The translations under genes were made by a program, and so were the position numbers. DNA of 56,559 bases, from contig JAZOQA010000057.1 in assembly GCA_045655765.1 (NCBI GenBank), positions 1 to 56,559 of the forward strand, written 5' to 3'. The notes beneath the pieces are model-generated. The model worked only from the letters and a program-made list of their open reading frames with translations, made no database searches and was not told where the DNA came from. How positions within the stretch are numbered: position 1 is the first letter of the stretch; each line of letters opens with the position of its first letter. Positions 48,016 through 56,402 of the stretch are shown here, in pieces. The stretch comes from Eubacteriales bacterium (GTDB taxonomy: Bacteria; Bacillota; Clostridia; Oscillospirales; CAG-272).

Positions 48016-49014
48016 ATGGACTCATTTATCTTTGCTGTGAATGCGGTGACGCCTCTGGTGCTTATCGTTGCACTCGGATATATTATAAAAAGAATAGGCA
48101 TAATTACAACAGAGGCAGCAAGGAGCCTTAATAAGATGGTCTTCCGTGTGCTGTTGCCCGCAAATTTGTTTTTAAACGTATACTCAATAGAATCTATTTC
48201 TAATATCCGCCCCGGCTTTGTATTATATGCGGTTTTGGCAACTATTGCACTGTTCATTTTAGGACTTATATACATCAGATTTGCTACCAAGGCTCCAAAT
48301 CGACGTGGGGCTTTGCTTCAAGCTGTGTTTCGCTCTAATTATGCACTTATCGGAGTGTCGCTTGCCTCATCGGTTTTCGGAGCCAATGGAGAGGCTTGTG
48401 CCGCACTTCTTTCAGCTTTTTTGGTTCCGCTCTACAACATCCTTGCGGTAATTACATTAACTGTTTTTGAGCCGGTTAAAGAGGGGGGAGAAAATCATAA
48501 AATCGACGTGGTAAGAATTTTGCTTGGTATAGTCAAGAACCCTCTTGCTATCTCGGTCTTTGCGGGCATAGCGGTACTCGGAATTCGTGAAGCATTTGTA
48601 AGCTTTGGTTTACATTTTAGACTTTCAGATGTCGTTCCGGTATATAAATCCCTCGAAATGCTCTCAAAATCGGCGACCTCGCTCGCCCTTATTGCACTTG
48701 GTGCACAGTTTGAATTTTCAGCAATCGTCACGTTGAAGCGTGAAATAATTTGTGCCACCTTGACAAGAGTTGTTTTCGTACCGCTACTTGGTCTTGGAGT
48801 TGCACTTCTGTGCTTTGAATTTACGGGAGCGGAATATGCCGCCCTGCTTGCTGCGTTTGCAACACCTGTCGCTGTTTCGAGCGTGCCTATGGCACAGGAA
48901 ATGCGGGCAGACGCCGTCTTAGCGGGTCAAGCTGTTATTTGGACCACCATTACCTCTTCGGTCACTTTATTTTTATTTGTGTTCGCTCTTCGGGCACTTA
49001 GAATTTTTGTTTAA
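48016..49014 (+). CDS. AEC (auxin-efflux-carrier) family membrane transporter
   Basis: ~10 TM segments with a two-halves topology. The start is at ATG 48016, 5 nt after GGAGG (48006-48010). Confidence 0.75.
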   Translation: MDSFIFAVNAVTPLVLIVALGYIIKRIGIITTEAARSLNKMVFRVLLPANLFLNVYSIESISNIRPGFVLYAVLATIALFILGLIYIRFATKAPNRRGALLQAVFRSNYALIGVSLASSVFGANGEACAALLSAFLVPLYNILAVITLTVFEPVKEGGENHKIDVVRILLGIVKNPLAISVFAGIAVLGIREAFVSFGLHFRLSDVVPVYKSLEMLSKSATSLALIALGAQFEFSAIVTLKREIICATLTRVVFVPLLGLGVALLCFEFTGAEYAALLAAFATPVAVSSVPMAQEMRADAVLAGQAVIWTTITSSVTLFLFVFALRALRIFV

Positions 49015-49043
49015 TTTAACACGGGTAGCTACCAACTAAAAAA

Positions 49044-49085
49044 ACCGACAGAGAATCCGGCGGGTTCTTTGTCGGTTTTCGCTTT
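49044..49085. terminator. bidirectional intrinsic terminator
   Basis: 12-bp stem accgacagagaa / ttctttgtcggt (one G-U pair), flanked by A7 and TTTCGCTTTT. Confidence 0.7.
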
Positions 49086-49110
49086 TATACTTTAAAGGAG
49101 CTTGCAGATT

Positions 49111-50232
49111 TTATTCCTCAGAATTTGGAGCGTTTTTTAGACGTGATGCACGCTTTGCCTTTACAGAAAAGAAAATTTCAAGCCCGATGTAGAAAGCAAG
49201 AGATATTGCCATTACAAAATAATAGCTGATAAGACGCCAAATCAGCATTACACCGTTTGCAACAGCAACCGCCTCGCTCACAGTAACACCTGCGGTCATA
49301 TATATTATAATACACTTAAAGACCTGCCCTGCTGAGCCTTCAACACCGCCCGATGCACCGGGGGTGGGTATAAATCCGACCGCTGTTATTGCAAACGACG
49401 TGCCTGAGAGCACCAAAAACATCTCCGAGGGGTGTGCAGGAACGTTTAAAGCTAATAATATAAAGTACGTAGAGACATAGAGGAATGCAAACGAAAGAAT
49501 CTTTGTTAAGAGTGCCAAGAAAAATGCACTCTTTTTCTTCATAAGGTCATAAAACGCCTGCTGAACCTGCTCGAAATACTGTGTCAGGCTTTCCGCCTTT
49601 GGCTCAAGCCACTTAAAAATTTTGAACTTGCAAAGGAAATAGATAAAACGGACGAGTGCCGCACGTAATTTTCGGCTCGTTCCGAGAAGAACTATAACTA
49701 CAAGAACCATAAAATTGAGTGAGTAGCCAACAATAATAATGGGAATCCACCAGGAATCGATATTCGCAGTCAAAATATCAAAGAAGAACAGACCTGTAAG
49801 GGAAAAGCCCGTCGTGACCATCATATAAATCAGCAAATTGGTGAGCAGAAGTCCTGTGGATTCTGAAATCTTCACCTTTGCTCTTGAATACGAATGTGCC
49901 TGAAAGGGCTGACCGCCTGTTGCCAGGGGCGTTATACCGTTAAAAAAATGTTCCGTCATAGCAATGGTATAGGTTGTTCCAAAACTAATGTCGCACCCTC
50001 TTGCTTTTGTAAGAATGCAAAGAGACAAGGGATAAAGTGAGAGGTATACAATAACCATCAGTATAGCATAAAAAACGCACGTGACATCAACATTCTTTAG
50101 CTGTTCAATGATGCTCGGCAGGTCGTTAAGTGACAAAACGGTTATAAGAAGCAAGGCTGCTATAATTCCGTACAGAACAAACAGTGCGATTTTCTTTCCG
50201 TTTAACGGGTGCTTTTCTTTTTGTGCTTCCAA
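49111..50232 (-). CDS. flippase-like membrane protein (lysyl-phosphatidylglycerol-synthase TM-domain / UPF0104 family)
   Basis: 8 or more TM segments and a C-terminal PTPGASGGVEG motif. The start is at TTG 50232, 7 nt after AAGGAGAG. The predicted promoter lies inside the longer ORF-track version. Confidence 0.6.
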   Translation of the reverse strand: MEAQKEKHPLNGKKIALFVLYGIIAALLLITVLSLNDLPSIIEQLKNVDVTCVFYAILMVIVYLSLYPLSLCILTKARGCDISFGTTYTIAMTEHFFNGITPLATGGQPFQAHSYSRAKVKISESTGLLLTNLLIYMMVTTGFSLTGLFFFDILTANIDSWWIPIIIVGYSLNFMVLVVIVLLGTSRKLRAALVRFIYFLCKFKIFKWLEPKAESLTQYFEQVQQAFYDLMKKKSAFFLALLTKILSFAFLYVSTYFILLALNVPAHPSEMFLVLSGTSFAITAVGFIPTPGASGGVEGSAGQVFKCIIIYMTAGVTVSEAVAVANGVMLIWRLISYYFVMAISLAFYIGLEIFFSVKAKRASRLKNAPNSEE

Positions 50233-50266
50233 GTATGTTCTCTCCTTTTTTCTTGCAATTAAAATT

Positions 50267-50295
50267 ATTGTATCACAAATCAAGCATTTTTTCAA
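50267..50295 (-). promoter_or_regulatory. sigma-A promoter (extended -10) of the flippase-like gene
   Basis: On the minus strand: TTGAAA (50295-50290), 17 nt, TGaTACAAT (50275-50267). Confidence 0.55.
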
Positions 50296-50757
50296 TAGGT
50301 TTTAACATTTCTTTAACAAGTTTTTCGGTTAGCGAAAATTAAAAATTAAGTTAAAGGAAGCCCGCAAGCGACACTCAGAGACTGTATTTTCCGGCCGTCG
50401 AAAAAACGCCCCTTGGTTTTTGAGTACTCTAAATGCCCAAAGCCCATTGAAAAGGCTTGCTTTTTCGCCAGCTTTAACCGTTTTTTCTCGCAATACTATG
50501 TGTCGGGATTGTGCCCCGACAATATTGATGTTTTTTTGATGCTATAAGAAAATCTGCCGTTCTGTTGCCTGTGCTGTCATCCTGATGCTGTTCAAAATTT
50601 TTCATTGCAGCATTCAAAGAACAAGCTGCTCCGTCATAGTTGAAAAGTTAAGTAAACTGCAAGTAAGCTTAATTAGAATAGTTGAGAGTATGCAGATTGC
50701 TCGTGACACAAAAGCAACGAAAAAGAACCGATGAGGGCAGCTTTCAGCTTAACGATT

Positions 50758-50810
50758 AAAGAATTAACCGCCTTGAGTTTGCAGCAGAAGGCGGTTAATT
50801 CTTTTTATTT
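50758..50810 (+). terminator. orphan strong hairpin/terminator with no upstream gene
   Basis: 17-bp perfect stem aaagaattaaccgcctt (50758-50774) / aaggcggttaattcttt (50788-50804), 13-nt loop, then TTATTT. Confidence 0.55.
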
Positions 50811-51041
50811 CTCACGTCGGTTTTTAGAATAAATCAAACAAGTATGAACCGCTCTCTGTTCAAGTTGAATGGGGCTTTGAAGTGCTTAAGGAAGATTACG
50901 GCTTTAGTTATTTTTTGCCTCAATTTGAGGTTTTTTCTTTATATTCTATACTTTTCTTAAACCGCACAAAAAGAACTGACACAAACGCTCTAAAATTTGC
51001 ATTTGAGGCAGCCCCATTTGGTACAATATAAGCACAAAAGC

Positions 51042-51065
51042 GGAGACATCGTTTACAATGTCTCC
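51042..51065 (-). terminator. terminator at the end of the T-box operon
   Basis: 8-bp stem ggagacat / atgtctcc, with T-rich flanks on both strands. It lies 10 nt past the last ORF. Confidence 0.55.
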
Positions 51066-51074
51066 ACTCGTTTT

Positions 51075-51290
51075 TTATTCGGTTATCCCTAAATGAGAAA
51101 GCCACTTTCTAATTGCATCAGTAACGTCTATTAAAGCAAGGTCTGCGTTTTGATTGTACGCTTCGATTGAAATCTCAACCAATCCATTCCTTGCGTTTCT
51201 TTTAATCAGATTAGTTATTGTCGCCTTGCCCGAATTCAGATCATCAAAATACATAGTATTACCTACACGGGCACTTTTAGTGTCTTGCAA
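51075..51290 (-). CDS. hypothetical small protein (71 aa from TTG; 59 aa if it starts at ATG 51254)
   Basis: ORF directly after the amidohydrolase gene. It has a weak RBS and no recognisable domain. Confidence 0.3.
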   Translation of the reverse strand: MQDTKSARVGNTMYFDDLNSGKATITNLIKRNARNGLVEISIEAYNQNADLALIDVTDAIRKWLSHLGITE

Positions 51291-51300
51291 GCTTTCATAA

Positions 51301-52098
51301 TTATTTCAAAAACAACCTTACCGCATTATTGTAAAGTATATCCTCACGTTGCTCTTGCGTAAGATCTATTTGCATAAATCTTTCCAATTCGATTTCAGGC
51401 TTCCACAGTGGGTAGTCGGTTCCAAACAATACTCGCTCGGTTCCGTAAGCCAAGATAAGCTCCTTTGCTTTTGTTTTTGTCAATGCATACAGAGAGGATG
51501 AGGTGTCCACAAAAAAGCTTTTGAACTTGCTGAGCTTTTCTGTAGCCTCCTCCCAAACCGACCATCCGCCTAAATGTGCACCGACAACCGTTAAGTTAGG
51601 ATACTTTTTAAGTATAGGCATCATACGGTTGGGATTTGAAAAATCAAAACGAGAATCTCCCGTATGCATCAGAATGGGGAGGACATTTTCGCATCGCTCA
51701 TAAATTTTATACATACGAGGATCGTCTATTGCCACCTTTTGTATATCGGGGTGGAGCTTGACTCCTTTTAAGCCAAGCTCCAAAATTTCGTCAATCTCCG
51801 CATCAATATTATCACTGTCCGGATGAAGTGTTCCAAGTCCGGTAAACCGTCCGTTACTAAGTGCTACGGATTCTTTAATAAAATGATTGATGGCGGAAAC
51901 CTGCTTTGGGGTAGTTGCAACGGATTGAACGATAAAATGATTGACTCCTGCTTTCTCACCGTGTTCAAGCAGGGTGGATATTTTACCGTCAAGAAGCGAT
52001 GTCATATCGTAAAAGCTACCTGTTCCTGCGGCGGCCTTTTCTGCAATTTTATCGGGATAGATATGGCAGTGAGAATCAATTATTCTATATTTTTTCAC
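51301..52098 (-). CDS. amidohydrolase-2 family (TIM-barrel metal-dependent hydrolase/decarboxylase superfamily) protein
   Basis: N-terminal IIDSHCHIYP metal motif, plus LHPD, HTGD, AHLGG and FGTDYP. GTG start. Confidence 0.8.
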   Translation of the reverse strand: MKKYRIIDSHCHIYPDKIAEKAAAGTGSFYDMTSLLDGKISTLLEHGEKAGVNHFIVQSVATTPKQVSAINHFIKESVALSNGRFTGLGTLHPDSDNIDAEIDEILELGLKGVKLHPDIQKVAIDDPRMYKIYERCENVLPILMHTGDSRFDFSNPNRMMPILKKYPNLTVVGAHLGGWSVWEEATEKLSKFKSFFVDTSSSLYALTKTKAKELILAYGTERVLFGTDYPLWKPEIELERFMQIDLTQEQREDILYNNAVRLFLK

Positions 52099-52129
52099 TA
52101 TTTAATTCATAACCTTTCTTGTGTGTCCG

Positions 52130-54589
52130 TTATTTCTTCAGCCCCAATATATCCACAGCTTGCTCACGCATCTTGTATTTCAGAATCTTACCTGCGGCAT
52201 TCATAGGAAATTCCTTGACAAAGAGGAAGTATCTCGGAACCTTGTGTCTTGCGATAGATGCGTTTCCGAATTCTTTCATTTCGGCTTCGTCAGCGGTTTC
52301 ACCCTTGTTTAGAATTACCCAAGCACAGCATTCCTCGCCGTATCTTTCGTCAGGGACACCGACGACCTGAACATCACGAACCTTGGGATTGGTCAGATAA
52401 AATTCTTCGATTTCACGAGGATAGAGGTTTTCACCGCCTCTGATAATCATATCCTTAAGTCTACCTGTGACCTTATAATAGCCGTCCGGCGTTCTCATAC
52501 AAATATCGCCCGAATGAAGCCATCCCTCAGCATCGATTGTTTGAGCGGTTGCTTCGGGCATCTTGTAATAGCCTTACATAATGTTAAAGCCGCGTGCAAC
52601 GAACTCACCGCTTTCACCGTCGGGAAGCTCCTTGCCGGTTTCGGGATCAATAATCTTACATTCTACACCCGGGAATGCACTGCCGACCGTTTCAACTCGG
52701 TGGTCAAGGTCTTCGTTGACCTCACCCATAGTACAGCCGGGAGAAGCCTCGGTCTGCCCGTAAACCGAAATGATCTCGCGCATATTCATCTCAACCGACG
52801 CACGGCGCATCAAATCTGCCGGGCAGTTTGCACCCGCCATAATACCGGTTCTCATATATGAAAAATCAGTCTTTGCAAAATCGGGGTGGCTGAACATAGC
52901 GATAAACATCGTGGGAACACCGTTAAAGCAGGTGATGTGCTCGTCATTTATGCAGGCAAGCGAGGATTTGGGAGAGAAATACGGAATCGGACAAAGTGTA
53001 CCGCCGTGTGTCATTATAGAGGTCATAGAAAGCACCATTCCAAAGCAATGGAACATAGGCACTTGTATCATCATACGGTCTGCGGTGGACAGATCCATTC
53101 TGTCACCGATGGTCTTGCCGTTGTTTACGATATTTCGGTGGGTAAGCATAACTCCCTTGGGGAATCCCGTAGTACCCGAGGTGTACTGCATATTGCATAC
53201 GTCATCGGGCTTGACAAGAGAAGCACGTCTGCGTACTTCTTCACGGGGAACGATATTGGAACGGGAAAGCATCTGCTCCCAATTCAGGCATCCTTGCATA
53301 TCAAATCCAACGGTTACAACGTTACGGAGGAAAGGCAGATTTTTTGAATACAAAGGATTTCCCGGAGTAAGATTTTTAAGCTCGGGGCAAAGCTCTTCTA
53401 TAATTTCCCTGTAATTGATGTCCTTGCAATACTCGACCATAACGAGCGTATGGGTGTCGGATTGCTTGAGCAGGTATTCGATTTCGTGGATCTTATATGC
53501 GGTGTTAACCGTTACCAAAACCGCACCGATCTTAGTGGTTGCCCAGAAGGTGATATACCACGCCGGAACGTTGGTTGCCCAAATCGCAACGTGGTCACCC
53601 GCTTTTACACCCAAGGAAATAAGTGCGGCTGCACATTCGTCAACATCACGGCGGAACTGCTTGTAGGTTCTCGTATAATCAAGAGTAGGATATTTGAAAG
53701 CAAACTGATCGGGATACTTTTCAGCCATTGTATCAAGCACGTCAGAGAATGTTGCGTCGATAACGTCATACTTCTTCCAAACGAACGTGCCTGTTTTTGC
53801 ACGGTTGTAGTAAGCGTGCTCAAAGGTCCTTTTCTCACGGCTCAAAGCGGCAATATAATTTGTGAAGTGAGTCAGAACGATATCTGCATCGCTGATCTGC
53901 TCGTTCCAAGCGGCGCAAATGAAGCCTTCGTAGTTCAAAGATGAGAGTGCATTCAAGATCTTTTTTACTTCAAGGTCACCCTCACCGATCAACACGGTTT
54001 TTCCGTCCTTCATATCTCCAAGACGCACGTATTTGATGTAAGCTCCGAGGTTTTTAATTGTAGCTTCTGCAGTTTCACCCGCATTAAAGTACGTTCCTCT
54101 GACATTCCAGGATGCACCTACTGCGGAAGAAGCAAAATGATTGATAATCTTAATTACGTTTTCTGTATTGGAAAGATACCCAACCGTTTCAAACAAAATG
54201 TTGACATCGGAATTTTCTGCACGTTTAATAGCGGCAGACATTTTTCCGTCTAAAGTATCGAAGGAAAAATTGTTCTCGGCACGAACAATAACGTTGTCGA
54301 TTCCGGAGGTTGCTGCCATTTCAACGTATTTCTGAGTCAATTCGGCAGTCGTTTCATCACTTTCGATAGGGGCAGGCATACGCAGTGCGGAGACGGTGAG
54401 ATTTCTGTTGACAAGCTTTCTTTTGGCATCGGCAATACGCTCACGTCTTAAAATGCTGTCGTAATGAGCATTTCTCTCTCCGATAGCATCGAAGATTTCG
54501 AATCCCTCAAAGCCGTAGTCATAAGCATAACGGCAGGTATCAAGAAAGGAAGCACGGCTTACGTTCTTGGTGGAAAAAACAATTTTCAT
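52130..54589 (-). pseudogene. xylose-isomerase-like TIM barrel fused to an acyl/aryl-CoA (AMP-forming) ligase, interrupted by an in-frame TAA at 52574-52576
   Basis: Residues 1-250 look like an AP-endonuclease-2/sugar-phosphate-isomerase TIM barrel. The AMP-binding motifs follow (YTSGTTGFPKGVMLTHRN, GQTEASP). The reading frame continues [29 protein letters not shown]...GKILK into ORF 52130-52561 in the same frame. Confidence 0.8.
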
Positions 54590-54595
54590 TGTGCA

Positions 54596-55984
54596 TTACG
54601 CCTCCTCGAATACAATTTTATTGAGTGCGTTAATATATGCTCTGATGCTTGCGGCAATAATGTCGGTGGATGTTCCGTTGCCTGAATAGAGCTTACCGCC
54701 AACGCGCAGTCTGACAAGTGCAGAACCGAGAGCTTCCTTTCCTTCGGTCACAGACTGAACCTGATAATCATCAAGCTCGTAGTGATGACCGATGCACTGC
54801 TCGATAGCACGAAAAGCAGAGTCGATAGGACCGTCGCCTGCACTGACACCGCAAATTACCTCGTCATTCTTTTTCAAAACGATCTGTGTCATTGCACTGG
54901 AAATATTACTACTCGTTGTAGTATAGGCTTCAAAATGATAGGTGGAGGGAGCCTGCATTGCAGAGCTTGCGATCAGAGCCTCAAATTCCTTTGCTCCGAC
55001 AGTGCCCTTCTTTTCGCATACTTGATTAAGCGCTTTATACACGTTTCCAATATCCGAATCGGAAAGCTCATAACCGAGAATAGCAGCTGCTTCTGCAACT
55101 TGTGTCACGGTGGAATCGGTATCGAGAAGAATCTTTTTCTTTACGTTTACGGTGCTGTCCGCATCATAAGAATCGTGGCTGATGCTTGATACAATATCCT
55201 CGATGCTTGCGTGAATATTGGTATTATTCAACTTGATCTCAGCACCGATCTGTGCACCGCAGGCATTAACGGCATCAGAGAACTCGCCTGTCAAGAGGGC
55301 ATCCTTGCCGACCATAGCACATTTAATTCCGGCGGCACCTACGGCGATTACAGAAAAAGCAGAAGCAACTGCCATATTGATGCGGTCGGAAACCTGAACG
55401 TATACGGGAACGGAAACCTCCGCTTTCACCTTTGCGACGATTGCAGCAATCTGCTCGGGCGTTGATGTACCGGCATTATCGCAAAGCGTAATAATAGTTG
55501 CACCTTTGGCTTCAGCTTCTTTTGCGGAAGCAATAAGGAACTCTTCCTCTGCTCTTGTCGCATCCAATGCGGAAAATTCTACGTCAGAGCAAACCGCCTT
55601 TGCTGCCGCAACCAGCTCTCCGATTTTTTCAAGCATTGCCGATTGCTTGACGTGATAGTTATATTCCATTTGAATGGTAGATACGGGAAGCTCTACCTGA
55701 AGGCGAGGTGCCTTGGCATCTTTAATGCACTCCCAAGCAACGCTTACCCCGTCTTGAGCAAAGCCTACAGGAATTGCCAATGTGGCGTTTTGAACGTTCT
55801 TGGCGATGGTCTTGTATATAATAAAATCCTCACGGATGTTCTTTACCGAGGGAAGCTCGATAGAGTCGACGCCGAGTCGGTCTGCACAATTAGCAATAGC
55901 TGATTTTTCGCGGAACAGCAGAGATACTGCACGATCCTCCGAAAGCTTTTTGAGTGTGATATCTGAAATGTTGATTTTTCTCAT
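54596..55984 (-). CDS. 2-isopropylmalate-synthase-like protein with degenerate catalytic motifs and an intact LeuA-type C-terminal regulatory domain
   Basis: Collinear with LeuA. However, DTTLRDGEQ reads DITLKKLSED and HxH reads QVS. The C-terminal GDGPIDSAFRAIE...GKEALGSALVRLRVGGKLYSGNGTSTDIIAASIRAYINALNKI is well conserved. Has an AAGGAG RBS. Confidence 0.8.
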   Translation of the reverse strand: MRKINISDITLKKLSEDRAVSLLFREKSAIANCADRLGVDSIELPSVKNIREDFIIYKTIAKNVQNATLAIPVGFAQDGVSVAWECIKDAKAPRLQVELPVSTIQMEYNYHVKQSAMLEKIGELVAAAKAVCSDVEFSALDATRAEEEFLIASAKEAEAKGATIITLCDNAGTSTPEQIAAIVAKVKAEVSVPVYVQVSDRINMAVASAFSVIAVGAAGIKCAMVGKDALLTGEFSDAVNACGAQIGAEIKLNNTNIHASIEDIVSSISHDSYDADSTVNVKKKILLDTDSTVTQVAEAAAILGYELSDSDIGNVYKALNQVCEKKGTVGAKEFEALIASSAMQAPSTYHFEAYTTTSSNISSAMTQIVLKKNDEVICGVSAGDGPIDSAFRAIEQCIGHHYELDDYQVQSVTEGKEALGSALVRLRVGGKLYSGNGTSTDIIAASIRAYINALNKIVFEEA

Positions 55985-56032
55985 TTTTGAAAACTCCTTT
56001 TAAATTCCAAAATATAAAAACAAGCTTATAAC

Positions 56033-56310
56033 AACAAAAATACGCTTCCATCTCTTTGTTGATTGCAAAGAGACGAAAACGCTAAATATTATGTTTCCGC
56101 GGTACCACTCTTCTTCATCCAAAACAGGATGCACTTTAGATGCTATCACATCTTAACTCTGTTACGGGAGTTCCCGATTGCCACTATTCCGAGTTTTCAT
56201 AGCAACCGCTCAACGGTGAGTTCAACAAAACTCCTTCTATGCCTCGCACCAACCGGCAACTCTCTGAAAGGGGAAATTTTGCATACTATTCCGCATCATT
56301 GCGTTTTTGA
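56033..56310 (-). promoter_or_regulatory. T-box riboswitch leader, leucine (CUC) specifier
   Basis: Minus-strand elements, in order. K-turn: AAUGAUG...UUGA. Specifier loop: AGUA ... GAA-CUC-A (codon at 56220-56218). AG bulge plus distal loop: CAGAGAG-uugcc-GGUUGGUGCGA. T-box sequence: AGAGUGGUACCGCGG (56112-56098). A 16-bp terminator (56081-56043) followed by UAUUUUU. Confidence 0.88.
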
Positions 56311-56317
56311 TGCAAAC

Positions 56318-56346
56318 ATTTTATCATATGGCATACCTTTTGTCAA
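56318..56346 (-). promoter_or_regulatory. sigma-A promoter of the T-box operon
   Basis: On the minus strand: TTGACA (56346-56341), 17 nt, TAAAAT (56323-56318). Confidence 0.6.
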
Positions 56347-56371
56347 GTGCTTTTTTGAAAAAATTGCAATA

Positions 56372-56395
56372 GCCCTCCGCGACACGGCGAAGGGC
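56372..56395 (-). terminator. hairpin after the CPBP protease gene
   Basis: 9-bp stem gccctccgc / gcgaagggc (one G-U pair). The T-run begins ~10 nt further on, so this is a weak call. Confidence 0.4.
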
Positions 56396-56402
56396 TTGAT
56401 TT

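Noticed and set aside
50998-51029. Plus-strand promoter-like element TTGCAT-N19-TACAAT with an extended TG
   Set aside because: The spacer is too long at 19 nt, and the element would fire directly into the 51042-51065 hairpin with no downstream gene.
52574-52576. Programmed recoding (read-through, selenocysteine or pyrrolysine) at the in-frame stop of the ligase gene
   Set aside because: The codon is TAA, not TGA or TAG. No SECIS- or PYLIS-like hairpin follows it. A simple AAA-to-TAA mutation or a sequencing error is more parsimonious.
56168-56173. Second GAACUC in the T-box leader as an alternative specifier
   Set aside because: It is followed by C rather than the conserved purine, and it lies outside the K-turn/AGUA-framed specifier loop. 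The first GAA-CUC-A (56223-56217) fits the canonical Stem I geometry.
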